Source of the DNA: a virus
DNA: 64,000 bases
Direction: 5' to 3' (one strand)
Virus record (IMG/VR): IMGVR_UViG_3300023242_000001
Coordinates: 1 to 64,000 of that record
Shown: one piece after another, positions 7,909-16,650 of the stretch
Position numbering within the stretch: position 1 is the stretch's first letter
Layout: each line of letters starts with the position of its first letter
Position numbers and translations under genes: made by a program
Notes under the pieces: model-generated
Seen by the model: only the letters and a program-made list of their open reading frames with translations
What the model was told of the DNA's origin: nothing
Database searches by the model: none

Positions 7909-8409
7909 ATGAAAACCATCAAAGTATCAGAAGCCATACCCACCCAGCTTGATTGGCTGGTGGCGAAATGTGAGGGTTACGTTTGGGCACCTGTAGTTCG
8001 CCCTTCCAGATGCTTTGACTGCCGCCATTACGAAGAACGCCAAGGGCGAGATGAGGCTACCCAATACTGCAACCACCCTGACATGAACTTTAGAGATGGC
8101 AGTGACGGAGACAACTGGAGTTCTGACTACGAATGCCACAAGCAGTGCCCGTACAAAACAGAAGTGCAGACCCCTGTTTACCCACCTTACTCAACCGACT
8201 GGGCCCAAGGCGGGCCAATCATTGAGCGGGAATTGTTGGCGCCAGAACCTCTATTGGACACGAACTGCTCCCTAATAAAGTGGCGTTGTCGTAACTGGAA
8301 AGGTGACGGCTCGGACTACTACGGCCCCACTTACCTGATCGCAGCCATGCGCTGCTACGTTACTAGCAAGATGGGCGAGACCGTCGAAGTACCAGAGGAA
8401 TTGACATGA
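7909..8409 (+). CDS. NinX/DUF2591-like protein with a Cys-rich insertion
   Basis: LDWLVAKCEG, YSTDWAQGGPIIE, IAAMRCYVTSKMG. Confidence 0.75.
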   Translation: MKTIKVSEAIPTQLDWLVAKCEGYVWAPVVRPSRCFDCRHYEERQGRDEATQYCNHPDMNFRDGSDGDNWSSDYECHKQCPYKTEVQTPVYPPYSTDWAQGGPIIERELLAPEPLLDTNCSLIKWRCRNWKGDGSDYYGPTYLIAAMRCYVTSKMGETVEVPEELT

Positions 8410-8627
8410 CAACACTCACAGAGCGCCAGCAACTGGCGGTCAAGAACTACATCGGGGGCGAGTACAGCTACGCCACCACCACCCAGCAGGTGGAGGCCAT
8501 CAGTGACACGCTCCTGCATTTCGTTGTCCGAGAGGCGGCCGACGCTCACGACGATGCTGAGTTTGTCGGCATGCTGAACCAGGCGATCGAGCAGCTGCGC
8601 AGCTTGGTGGAGGGCTTGGATAACTGA
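8406..8627 (+). CDS. Hypothetical protein
   Basis: ORF with GAGG RBS. Confidence 0.6.
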   Translation: MTTLTERQQLAVKNYIGGEYSYATTTQQVEAISDTLLHFVVREAADAHDDAEFVGMLNQAIEQLRSLVEGLDN

Positions 8628-8650
8628 CCCGCGCCACCGGCGCACAACCC

Positions 8651-8664
8651 GCCCCAACTGGGGC
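8651..8664 (+). promoter_or_regulatory. RAYT hairpin element, copy 11
   Basis: GCCCC-AACT-GGGGC, GGAG 7 nt downstream, ATG 8682. Confidence 0.85.
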
Positions 8665-8681
8665 ACCAACCGGAGTCCAAC

Positions 8682-9317
8682 ATGTACAAAGTCAAAGAGC
8701 TTGCCAGCTCGAATCCCGACATCGTCGCTGTCATTTACCAGGACGACGACGCGGAGCCGCCCGAGAGCGACATCGTCAAGATCGCCTACCGAGGCAGCGC
8801 ACGAACCACGCTGGGCAGCCAGCCCTGCACCGACGACGAGCTCGACCAGATCGGGCAAGACATCGCCGACGGCGTGCTCGTCGGCGTGCCGGTGTGGGCC
8901 TACGTCCACAGTGGATCCACCATCAGCACCGGCACCAAGCTGCGCGGCGATACCGAGGCGCGACTGCGCGAGAACCCCTACCACTGCCGCTGGGACAGCT
9001 GGCGCAGCGGCTGGGCCTACATGACAGCCAAGGACGCCCTCAAAGAGTGGGGCAACAAACGCCTGTCGGCGCAGCAGCGCGACAAGGCCCACCACTACAT
9101 CGACGGCGTGGTTGACGAGTTCGCCATGTACCTGCGCGGCGAGGTCTACGGATACACCATCGATCGCATCGAGCGTGACGAGGCCGGAGACGAGATCGGG
9201 CGCGACGAGCTGGAATCGTGCTGGGGCTTCTTCGGGGAGGAGTACGTCACCGAGGAGGCGCTGGATGCGCTTCGGATTGTGTGCAAAGAGGAAGACAAGC
9301 TGGTGGCGGGCCTGTGA
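8682..9317 (+). CDS. Conserved phage hypothetical protein
   Basis: YVHSG, CRWDS, GEVYGY, SCWGFFG motifs. Confidence 0.75.
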   Translation: MYKVKELASSNPDIVAVIYQDDDAEPPESDIVKIAYRGSARTTLGSQPCTDDELDQIGQDIADGVLVGVPVWAYVHSGSTISTGTKLRGDTEARLRENPYHCRWDSWRSGWAYMTAKDALKEWGNKRLSAQQRDKAHHYIDGVVDEFAMYLRGEVYGYTIDRIERDEAGDEIGRDELESCWGFFGEEYVTEEALDALRIVCKEEDKLVAGL

Positions 9318-9607
9318 CCAAAGCCACCATCACCCAACACAAAGGCGGCGGCACGTCTTTCACCGGGCGCGCCGCAGTCAACCTCTACGCCGCTGTCGTG
9401 CTGCTGAGCGGCATCAGGTTCTACCTGAAAACAGGTATGAAGGTGAGCAGCGGCTACACCCCGACCAACATGCTGGCAGCCGCCACAGGCCACACCGGAA
9501 AGACCTACAAGCGAGGCCAACTTGCCCAGGCTGCGCTGGACTTGGACGCGTTTATTCAAGAGCAGAAGACCAACGGCTCGGTGAGCTTCGAAGGAGATGA
9601 GACATGA
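9314..9607 (+). CDS. Hypothetical protein
   Basis: GTG start overlapping the upstream stop; TGKTYKRGQ. Confidence 0.65.
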   Translation: MTKATITQHKGGGTSFTGRAAVNLYAAVVLLSGIRFYLKTGMKVSSGYTPTNMLAAATGHTGKTYKRGQLAQAALDLDAFIQEQKTNGSVSFEGDET

Positions 9608-9966
9608 CCAAGGCATCAAGCAAGGTCGAACCCACCACAGAAGAGCAGGCCAAAAAAGCCGAGTGGTTGGAGCGATTAAATGACCCCTACAACGAAAAGT
9701 TCTTCTTCAAGGTCCCGGGTACGGACCTGCGGGGCAAAGAAAAGCCGGGGCAGTCTGTTTCAGTGCGGATCGCATGTTCGATTCGATATAACGGCGGCAC
9801 TGTGATCAAGGGCAAGTGGTACAGCGGCTACGACGTGGCACCCCCAGTGGTCCCGCAGGGCTACGAACTCATATCAGACTACACGGGCATGCAGCTGAAC
9901 TCGAGCCCGCCACACGTCACCATGAACCTGGTCCAGAAGGGGACGAGACATGACCACCCACGCTGA
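9604..9966 (+). CDS. Hypothetical protein
   Basis: AAGGAG RBS, coupled ORF. Confidence 0.65.
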   Translation: MTKASSKVEPTTEEQAKKAEWLERLNDPYNEKFFFKVPGTDLRGKEKPGQSVSVRIACSIRYNGGTVIKGKWYSGYDVAPPVVPQGYELISDYTGMQLNSSPPHVTMNLVQKGTRHDHPR

Positions 9967-10159
9967 GCGCGGCGGCTACTTGCACCGGCTAGCCGCCACG
10001 ATCCCCGACAACGCCACGATCCCCGACAACGCCGAGTTCTTGGGGTATGCCAGGTTGGTGCGGCCCAGCGGCCACTACGCCGACGCCCCGACCTGCACCC
10101 TGTACCACCTGCCGGGCACCGGCTACATCGCGGCGCATGCGCGCCCTCACAAGGATTGA
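9950..10159 (+). CDS. Hypothetical protein with an 18-bp in-frame tandem duplication
   Basis: ATIPDN x2. Confidence 0.55.
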   Translation: MTTHAERGGYLHRLAATIPDNATIPDNAEFLGYARLVRPSGHYADAPTCTLYHLPGTGYIAAHARPHKD

Positions 10160-10160
10160 C

Positions 10161-10385
10161 ATGACCCACTTCTACATCGACGACTACGGCCTGACGCCCG
10201 AACAGCTTGCCAGCAAGCACGCCCCGGACGGCGACGACGAGCACCCCGGCTTCCCGATCGACGTGTGGCGCCTGCGCGTCCACGACGGCGACACCCTGCA
10301 AGGCTACTGGAACTGGGTCAGGCACCAGCTCCAGCTTGAGGAAGACGAACTCGACCGCGACAACCCATACAACCAAGGAGAGTGA
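10161..10385 (+). CDS. Hypothetical protein
   Basis: EHPGF..W..DTLQGYWNWV. Confidence 0.7.
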   Translation: MTHFYIDDYGLTPEQLASKHAPDGDDEHPGFPIDVWRLRVHDGDTLQGYWNWVRHQLQLEEDELDRDNPYNQGE

Positions 10386-10386
10386 C

Positions 10387-10656
10387 ATGCACCTCGAACA
10401 CCTTGCACGGACCGTGCTGGCCAAGCGCGCCACAAACTGGCTGCCCCACCACATCGACGACATGCGCCGCGAGCTGACCGAGATTGACGAGAACCGCGAG
10501 GCCTACGACGGCCACATTGCCCAGGCTCGCGAGCAAGCCCCCGACGGGCTTGAGATCGACGAGAAGCCTTACCTCGACGTGGGCGAGGGCGGCGTCTGGG
10601 TCTCGGCCTGGATCTGGGTTCCCACACCAACCAACGAAGAACTGGACGAGGCATGA
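10387..10656 (+). CDS. Hypothetical protein
   Basis: AAGGAG RBS; LEIDE..GVWVSAWIWV. Confidence 0.7.
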   Translation: MHLEHLARTVLAKRATNWLPHHIDDMRRELTEIDENREAYDGHIAQAREQAPDGLEIDEKPYLDVGEGGVWVSAWIWVPTPTNEELDEA

Positions 10657-10862
10657 AAACCATCTACGTCTGCGGCCACTGCGGCAGCCCGCGCGTCTAC
10701 GTCGACGCCTACAAGAACCTGAACGACCTCGACGAGGTGTTGACCTACGACCACACCGTGTGCTTCGACTGCACCTGCACCGACTGGACTGAGGAGGTTG
10801 AGGTGCCCTACGACTTCAACATGGAGTACGGGCGCTACAAAAAGCCCGCCAAGGAGACCTGA
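10653..10862 (+). CDS. Small zinc-ribbon protein
   Basis: CGHCGS...CFDC. Confidence 0.65.
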   Translation: MKTIYVCGHCGSPRVYVDAYKNLNDLDEVLTYDHTVCFDCTCTDWTEEVEVPYDFNMEYGRYKKPAKET

Positions 10863-10863
10863 A

Positions 10864-11355
10864 TTGCCCACCAACAAAAAACCCCGCAAGGCCTACCGGC
10901 CCAAGCGCAACCTGCAAGACCCGGTCGGGCAGGTGCTGCGCAACATCACCCCGCTCTCCCAGGAGACCGAGTACCTGCTCACCATGCAGATGAAGAACAG
11001 CATGGCGATGGCGCGGCTTCTGCGCGGCGTCGCCGACCGGGCTGACATGCTGAACATCTTCGCCATGTCCAACGTGGTCGAAGCCCTGCACCAAGCCGGC
11101 ATCGGCGGCGAGTACCTGGGGGTGTCCGCCGCCGGCAAAGACGCCATCAAGCAGATCGGCGCGCGGGCCAAGATCATCGGGCGCTACGTCCCAACAGGGC
11201 CAGAGATCGCGGCGCTGCGCTTGCTGATGGAGCTGCACGACGCCCAGGCTGAAGTCATCACCGAGGGCAACATGGACCAGGTTGGCAACTACATCCGAGA
11301 GCAGATCGCTCTGGGCAAAGTCACCACTGTGCCGCTGGCACGAGAAACCACCTGA
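10864..11355 (+). CDS. Hypothetical protein
   Basis: TTG start after AAGGAG; KKPRKAYRPK. Confidence 0.7.
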   Translation: MPTNKKPRKAYRPKRNLQDPVGQVLRNITPLSQETEYLLTMQMKNSMAMARLLRGVADRADMLNIFAMSNVVEALHQAGIGGEYLGVSAAGKDAIKQIGARAKIIGRYVPTGPEIAALRLLMELHDAQAEVITEGNMDQVGNYIREQIALGKVTTVPLARETT

Positions 11356-11381
11356 CCCCGCTGCAACCGCAGCAACCACCC

Positions 11382-11395
11382 GGCGCGACTGCGCC
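11382..11395 (+). promoter_or_regulatory. RAYT hairpin element, copy 12
   Basis: GGCGC-GACT-GCGCC, GGAG 7 nt downstream, ATG 11413. Confidence 0.85.
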
Positions 11396-11412
11396 ACATC
11401 TAGGAGTTCCAC

Positions 11413-11811
11413 ATGGACGACACCGCATTTCACAAAGCCCTGGGCGAGAGCCGAAACGGCACCGACGCCTTCCACTTCAACCCGCTGTACCGCTGGATGA
11501 AGTACAGCGACGGCGTCAAGGAGGTGGCCGAGTCAGGCTGCTACTGGCTGCTGGATACGCTTGGGCTGACCATCCGACCCGCGCTGCGAGGCCTGAAGCA
11601 GACCTACGTCATGGCCACCGTCACGGTCTCGGTCAAGGCCAGCAAGGCCAAGATCACCGCCACCACCGGCGACGAGGACCCGCCGTTCTGGACCGAGAAC
11701 GTGAGCTACACCGACATGCCGGACGGCGACTGGAGCATGCTGCTGACCTATGAGGCCACCACCCAGGGCGGGGTCGGCGATGGCCGCTTGATCCTGGTCA
11801 CGGAGTACTGA
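11413..11811 (+). CDS. Conserved hypothetical protein (DUF6876-like)
   Basis: YSDGV..AE.GCYWLLD..YTDMP..LILVTEY. Confidence 0.65.
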   Translation: MDDTAFHKALGESRNGTDAFHFNPLYRWMKYSDGVKEVAESGCYWLLDTLGLTIRPALRGLKQTYVMATVTVSVKASKAKITATTGDEDPPFWTENVSYTDMPDGDWSMLLTYEATTQGGVGDGRLILVTEY

Positions 11812-11814
11812 GCC

Positions 11815-12096
11815 ATGAACGTCACCGTTGTGAGGATGGCTCAGGCCAGGCCCAGGGTCAGCACCACGCCACTGATTCGCGTCCTGCGCTACCGCTACAC
11901 CGCTGGGGGCTGCATGGACTTCGATTTCCACATGCTCTGCGAAGTGGGCCAGCCCTACCAACCTGCGGCACGCGTGCAGGTTGCTGAAATCCTCGCCAAG
12001 AACCCAGGCTGGGAGGTCCAGACGATTGAGATTGACCGCAAGCCCTGGCTGGTCGACGCACTGGGCAAGGTCCAGCCATCAGGAGCACTCAAATGA
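11815..12096 (+). CDS. Hypothetical protein
   Basis: ORF in operon. Confidence 0.55.
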   Translation: MNVTVVRMAQARPRVSTTPLIRVLRYRYTAGGCMDFDFHMLCEVGQPYQPAARVQVAEILAKNPGWEVQTIEIDRKPWLVDALGKVQPSGALK

Positions 12097-12431
12097 CAAC
12101 GCCGAACACTTACACCCGCGCCCAGTACATGGAGGACAGCAGAGCGGACGGCCCCGGCGCACACCGCAGGTACTACGGCCAGTTCGTGAACGCAAGGACC
12201 ATAGCTACCGTGGTGGCTGCCCTGGGCCCGAAGGCGCTGCTGGGCTCGGTGGACCCCCACTTCAACGACATTGCGCTGTCGCGGTGGTACGACCTCGTAC
12301 CCCGTCTCCCTGGCTCCAGGGGGTTTTCGAAGGCCGGCGACTTCTACACCCCGATCGGTGGGGTTTGTCTGGCCAAAGAGGCGGCCTGCCAGTGGGTCGA
12401 GATGCAGCGACCCAGCACCCTCGTTGAGTAA
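12093..12431 (+). CDS. Hypothetical protein
   Basis: HRRYYGQFV, DPHFNDIAL. Confidence 0.7.
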   Translation: MTTPNTYTRAQYMEDSRADGPGAHRRYYGQFVNARTIATVVAALGPKALLGSVDPHFNDIALSRWYDLVPRLPGSRGFSKAGDFYTPIGGVCLAKEAACQWVEMQRPSTLVE

Positions 12432-12463
12432 ATAACCGACCCCGCGCATTCCGCGCAAACCCC

Positions 12464-12477
12464 GCCTCGATTGAGGC
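12464..12477 (+). promoter_or_regulatory. RAYT hairpin element, copy 13
   Basis: GCCTC-GATT-GAGGC, GGAG 7 nt downstream, ATG 12495. Confidence 0.85.
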
Positions 12478-12494
12478 AATTTAAGGAGTCCCAA

Positions 12495-12929
12495 ATGGGA
12501 ACACGTTCCATCACGTCCGTCATCGAGAACGGCACCATCCTGTGCACCATGTACCGTCAGTTCGACGGCTACCCCAGCGTCCACGGGGCGGATCTGCACA
12601 AGTTCCTCGCTGCTCTGACGCTGGTCAACGGCATCAGCAGTGCGGACAACCGCCGCATCGCCAACGGCGCCGGCTGCCTCGCTGCGCAGATGGTGCACCA
12701 CTTCAAGCAGACCTCAACAGATGCCCGCACATCGATGGCGGGCAACGTCTACATCACCGCGCCGCGCCTGAAGCTCGACAGCGAGGACTACGGCTACACC
12801 GTGTCGGTCGACGACAAGCTTCGCACCAGGATCAAGTGCTATGTGGTGGGGCACGGCAACGTCGACGACAGCATCTTCTGCGGAACCGTGGCCGAGTTCG
12901 GCGAGTTCTGCGCGAAGGATGTCGCATGA
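12495..12929 (+). CDS. Conserved phage hypothetical protein
   Basis: MGTRS..YRQFDGYP..NGAGCLAAQ. Confidence 0.75.
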   Translation: MGTRSITSVIENGTILCTMYRQFDGYPSVHGADLHKFLAALTLVNGISSADNRRIANGAGCLAAQMVHHFKQTSTDARTSMAGNVYITAPRLKLDSEDYGYTVSVDDKLRTRIKCYVVGHGNVDDSIFCGTVAEFGEFCAKDVA

Positions 12930-13141
12930 GCGCCATCACCTACAAGCCCGAGGTCCGCGTCAACGGCAGCTTCCACAGCAACTCACTGGTGTTCGCCACC
13001 CGCGAGGAGGCCGAGCAGTCGGCACGCGAGTTGATGGGCCGCTGGCTGCTGGTCACCGACTACCGTGCGGTCGAGTCGACCGACCCCGTCAACTACGCCC
13101 TCGTCGACGGCGATCTGCGTGCTGTGGAGGTGGCAGCATGA
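12926..13141 (+). CDS. Hypothetical protein
   Basis: YKPEV..NSLVFATREEA..DPVNY. Confidence 0.7.
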   Translation: MSAITYKPEVRVNGSFHSNSLVFATREEAEQSARELMGRWLLVTDYRAVESTDPVNYALVDGDLRAVEVAA

Positions 13142-13329
13142 GATTCGCCCAGACCTACTGCAGCCAGTGTGGCCAAGAGCAGGGCCCGGGTGACAACGGC
13201 GTAAGCCACTGCCGCGACCACCTCAATGCTCACGTCCACCCGGTGTTCCGAGACATCTTGTCGGGGTTCTTCACACCGCAGCCGACCCGCGCGCCGGACG
13301 AGCGCCCACAGCCAGGAGACATGACATGA
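13138..13329 (+). CDS. Small Cys/His protein
   Basis: GGAGG RBS; CSQCG..SHCRDH. Confidence 0.65.
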   Translation: MRFAQTYCSQCGQEQGPGDNGVSHCRDHLNAHVHPVFRDILSGFFTPQPTRAPDERPQPGDMT

Positions 13330-13517
13330 GCTTCTCACCCCTGCCCTTTGATTACTCCCGGTGCCAGCCGCAGCCGGGGCCAGTGGCCAACTGCCGGGCC
13401 TGCGCCAGGTGGGCTGACCACCCCAAACAAGTGTGGGGTGAGCGGACCCCGTTCGAGAGCCTGGACCCGACCGGCCCACATTGCGACTTCACCCCCGCAG
13501 ACACCAAGCACCGCTAA
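13326..13517 (+). CDS. Small Cys-rich protein
   Basis: DYSRC..CRACARW. Confidence 0.6.
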   Translation: MSFSPLPFDYSRCQPQPGPVANCRACARWADHPKQVWGERTPFESLDPTGPHCDFTPADTKHR

Positions 13518-13524
13518 CCCACCC

Positions 13525-13538
13525 GCCCCGACTGGGGC
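13525..13538 (+). promoter_or_regulatory. RAYT hairpin element, copy 14
   Basis: GCCCC-GACT-GGGGC, GGAG 7 nt downstream, GTG 13556. Confidence 0.85.
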
Positions 13539-13555
13539 ATTAACCGGAGACCAAA

Positions 13556-13879
13556 GTGATCAACCTCACCGACTTCACCGAGCGCATCGTCACGCTCAGC
13601 ACAGCCCACATCCCCAAGCACACCGCTGCCGCGCTCGGCAAGTACCGCGAAGACTGCGTGGTGGCCGAGTTGTGGGGCCACATCCACTACGAACCCTGGG
13701 GCGACTTCGGCTGGATCATCTGGGCCAGTTCAGAGTGTTGCGAGGACGCCCTGGCACCCCACCCCGAACTGGCAGCCCTGATGGCCATGTGCGCCGAGCG
13801 GCGCATCCAGTGGCTGCGACTGGACTGCGACGCCCCGCCCCACCCTGAGTTGCCGACTTTTGAATGGGAGCCGACATGA
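13556..13879 (+). CDS. DUF5983-like protein
   Basis: LSTAHI..GW..WLRLDCDA..LPTFEW. Confidence 0.65.
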   Translation: MINLTDFTERIVTLSTAHIPKHTAAALGKYREDCVVAELWGHIHYEPWGDFGWIIWASSECCEDALAPHPELAALMAMCAERRIQWLRLDCDAPPHPELPTFEWEPT

Positions 13880-14256
13880 ACTACATCAAGACCGCCGACG
13901 GCGAAATCTCCACCTTCGACATCTGCCAAGCCTACATGCAGCTGGAGTCCGACTTCAACGTCGACGGCTTGCTGCGTGAGCGCCCCAGCAACCAGCGCCG
14001 GCGCGAGTCGATCGGCTGCCAGCTGGCCCGCCTGAAGTTCAACCCCGGCATGCGCTGGGTTGACATTGTGAGCTTCGACAACGACGCCGACGACGAGGAC
14101 GAAGACCGAGATGTGCGCTGGATCTACCTCAACAAGTTGATGGAGTGGGGGCTGCCCGCCGACGAGGGCCTGCTTGCCGCCATCAATAGGCTGTTCGTCC
14201 GCGACTGGCTCCTGGCCAACTTTCCCGCCTACGCCTGCACCGAGGTGGCGGCATGA
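13876..14256 (+). CDS. Hypothetical protein
   Basis: FDICQAY..LESDFNVDG.LRERPSNQRR. Confidence 0.7.
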   Translation: MNYIKTADGEISTFDICQAYMQLESDFNVDGLLRERPSNQRRRESIGCQLARLKFNPGMRWVDIVSFDNDADDEDEDRDVRWIYLNKLMEWGLPADEGLLAAINRLFVRDWLLANFPAYACTEVAA

Positions 14257-14489
14257 AGATGAATTTTTCCAGGGTCACGCGGCCGGGCCGAGCGGGAATA
14301 TCCATGAGCCTCGGAGAGCTTGACGAGCATTTCAAGCTGAAGCCGGGCACCTGCTTTGGCAGCATCGTCAGGCCGGCCGAGGGGCTCGCCCCACCCAAGG
14401 CATCCAACTTGAACGCTTCGTCCGGCAAGAACCTGTACCGCGTCGGCGAGTTCCGCCAATATCTTCAACTTCGAGGAAAACTGCAATGA
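14253..14489 (+). CDS. Hypothetical protein, possibly DNA-binding
   Basis: Coupled ORF, GAGG RBS. Confidence 0.55.
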   Translation: MKMNFSRVTRPGRAGISMSLGELDEHFKLKPGTCFGSIVRPAEGLAPPKASNLNASSGKNLYRVGEFRQYLQLRGKLQ

Positions 14490-14716
14490 CCATGAACCCC
14501 TTCAAGAAACCCGACATCGCCCGCGTCCTGCAAGACCAGATCTACGAGGCGCAGCGAGCACTGATCGACGCCGCGGCGAGCACCGAGATGGCCCGCGCCC
14601 ACCTTGAGCGGGCCCGTGCCAGTCAACTCTACTGCGAGACCCGCCTGACCACCCTGCGAGCCATGACCAAGCCCTGCCACGTGCTGGGCGCACTTTCATC
14701 ACTGGAGTCAACATGA
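14486..14716 (+). CDS. Hypothetical coiled-coil protein
   Basis: Coupled ORF. Confidence 0.6.
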   Translation: MTMNPFKKPDIARVLQDQIYEAQRALIDAAASTEMARAHLERARASQLYCETRLTTLRAMTKPCHVLGALSSLEST

Positions 14717-14994
14717 ACACGATCAAATTTTCCCTGCTCGCCACTGCGCTGGCCTTCGCCTTTTCCGCGCAGGCCGCACGCCCGTCTGCAGAGCTTCGCA
14801 AGACCTGCGCAGATCTGGGCGAGATAGCCACACAGCTTGCCGGCTTCAACCGAAGAGGCGTACCCATCGGCCAGGCTGTACGCCTCGTTCAGGGCGGCCC
14901 ATCGATACTGCTCGACCTTGTCCAAGATGCCTACGCTTTGCCGATCAACCCCAACCCAACCCTCGACGCGAGAGCCGTGGGGAAGTTTGGGTAA
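14713..14994 (+). CDS. Putative exported protein
   Basis: Signal peptide ending AFSAQA. Confidence 0.65.
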   Translation: MNTIKFSLLATALAFAFSAQAARPSAELRKTCADLGEIATQLAGFNRRGVPIGQAVRLVQGGPSILLDLVQDAYALPINPNPTLDARAVGKFG

Positions 14995-15073
14995 GCTGCG
15001 GAAATCCTGGGCTTGAGGGGGCGCTGATCAGCTCCAAGAAGTCCACCCGACCACCTACATCTGAAAGCTGAAC

Positions 15074-15319
15074 ATGAAGACCAAATTCACCGTCGTGCTG
15101 ATGCGCCCCGACTACCGCGCTGACCCGTACGGCCAGGACTGCTACGTCGCACGTGTCGAAGCTGTGAACGCCTACCGCGCTCGTGAGGAAGCCCAGAAAG
15201 AGGCGTGGAAGTACGACAACAAGGACCTTGGCGAGACGAGTGGCTTCTCCGACGACTACCACTCGCTCCTCGTTTTCGAGGGGCACCAGGAAGTGAAGCT
15301 GTTCGGCTTCCAGGCCTGA
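15074..15319 (+). CDS. Hypothetical protein
   Basis: FTVVLMRPDY..VFEGH. Confidence 0.7.
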   Translation: MKTKFTVVLMRPDYRADPYGQDCYVARVEAVNAYRAREEAQKEAWKYDNKDLGETSGFSDDYHSLLVFEGHQEVKLFGFQA

Positions 15320-15354
15320 CCCAGACTAACCCCAGGCCGAAAGGCCATCAACCC

Positions 15355-15368
15355 GCCTCGATTGAGGC
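15355..15368 (+). promoter_or_regulatory. RAYT hairpin element, copy 15
   Basis: GCCTC-GATT-GAGGC, GGAG 7 nt downstream, ATG 15387. Confidence 0.85.
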
Positions 15369-15386
15369 AACTTTCGGAGTCCAACT

Positions 15387-16088
15387 ATGGCAAAACTCGC
15401 CAGGAATTACCACGCCCAACTGACCCTGAAGTCGGCCAACGCCAAGACCGGCCCAATACCCGTCAGCGTCACCGCCAGCGACAGCTGCCCGCCGTCCTGC
15501 TCCTTCATGGGCAACGGCTGCTACGCCGAGTCCGGCCCACTTGCCCTGCACTGGGCCAAGGTCAACACCGGTGAGCGCGGCATGCCGTGGCAGATGTTCT
15601 GCGACGCCATCGACACGCTGCCGGCCAACCAGCTGTGGCGCCACAACGCCGCTGGCGACCTGCCCGGGCACGACAACGTGATCGACGGCGTGGCGCTCGG
15701 CATGCTGGTCAAGGCCAACGCCGGCAAGCGCGGCTTCACCTACACCCACTACCCACCCACGCCGGGCAACGTCAGCGCCGTGGCCATGGCCAACGCTGCC
15801 GGCTTCACCGTCAACTTCTCCGCCGACTCGGCAAGTGAGGCTGACGCGCTGTGCGACCTGGGCGTGGGCCCGGTCGTCTGTGTGCTCCCCAGCACCCAGA
15901 CAACGAACAGCAAGACGCCCGCCGGACGCAAGGTGGTGGTGTGCCCCGCCACCGTCCGAGACGACACCAGCTGCGCCGACTGCGGCCTGTGCCAAGTGCA
16001 GCGAGACACCGTGATCGGCTTCCCCGCCCACGGCAGCAGCTACCGCCGGGTCGACATCCGCCTGCTTTCCAAAACCCGCGTCGCCTGA
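15387..16088 (+). CDS. Gp88-like Cys-rich protein (radical-SAM-like)
   Basis: NAKTG, CPPSC..GCYA, WRHNAAGDL, FTYTH, CPA..CADCGLC. Confidence 0.65.
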   Translation: MAKLARNYHAQLTLKSANAKTGPIPVSVTASDSCPPSCSFMGNGCYAESGPLALHWAKVNTGERGMPWQMFCDAIDTLPANQLWRHNAAGDLPGHDNVIDGVALGMLVKANAGKRGFTYTHYPPTPGNVSAVAMANAAGFTVNFSADSASEADALCDLGVGPVVCVLPSTQTTNSKTPAGRKVVVCPATVRDDTSCADCGLCQVQRDTVIGFPAHGSSYRRVDIRLLSKTRVA

Positions 16089-16098
16089 CGCATCGCCT

Positions 16099-16112
16099 GC
16101 CCCGATTGGGGC
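16099..16112 (+). promoter_or_regulatory. RAYT hairpin element, copy 16
   Basis: GCCCC-GATT-GGGGC, GGAG 7 nt downstream, ATG 16130. Confidence 0.85.
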
Positions 16113-16129
16113 ATTTTCAGGAGTTCAAC

Positions 16130-16588
16130 ATGGCCAACAAATCAATCAGTCACAAGGCAGACGTCATCGACAGCCGCAACGTCATCGCCCGCATCGACGA
16201 TTTGGGGGGTTCCTTTCAGGACGCCTACGACACCTTCGTCGAGGAGTACACCGGCCCAGGCGAGGCACTCCCTGACTTCGATGACTGGCTCACCGAGATC
16301 AGCCAAGCCGACGACCACATCGACCAGGACGACGCCATCGAGCTGATCGAGCTGCGCAAGCTGGCCACCCAGTGCGAGAGCTACGGCAGCTGGAGCAGCG
16401 GCGAGGAGTTGATCCGCCGCCGCCACTTCGTCCGGTACATCAAGGAGTGGTCCAGGAGCGTCAACGCTGTCTCTGACAACGACGACTGGCTCTACAACCA
16501 CATCGACTGGGACGCCGCCGCCGCAGAGCGTGAGGCCGACTACATGGAGGCCACCTTCAAAGGCAAGACGTTCCTGATGCGCGCTTGA
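16130..16588 (+). CDS. Acidic ArdA-like antirestriction protein (putative)
   Basis: Very acidic; C-terminal HIDWDAAA..EADY resembles the ArdA terminal domain. Confidence 0.5.
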   Translation: MANKSISHKADVIDSRNVIARIDDLGGSFQDAYDTFVEEYTGPGEALPDFDDWLTEISQADDHIDQDDAIELIELRKLATQCESYGSWSSGEELIRRRHFVRYIKEWSRSVNAVSDNDDWLYNHIDWDAAAAEREADYMEATFKGKTFLMRA

Positions 16589-16620
16589 CACCCACCCCCA
16601 AACCACATAACACCCAACCC

Positions 16621-16634
16621 GCCCCGACTGGGGC
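16621..16634 (+). promoter_or_regulatory. RAYT hairpin element, copy 17
   Basis: GCCCC-GACT-GGGGC, GGAG 6 nt downstream, ATG 16651. Confidence 0.85.
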
Positions 16635-16650
16635 ATTCCAGGAGTCCAAC

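Noticed and set aside
14992-15027. Stop-codon readthrough after the exported protein
   Set aside because: A short open stretch follows the TAA, but one case cannot separate a nonsense mutation from the natural end; other genes use TAA, TAG and TGA normally
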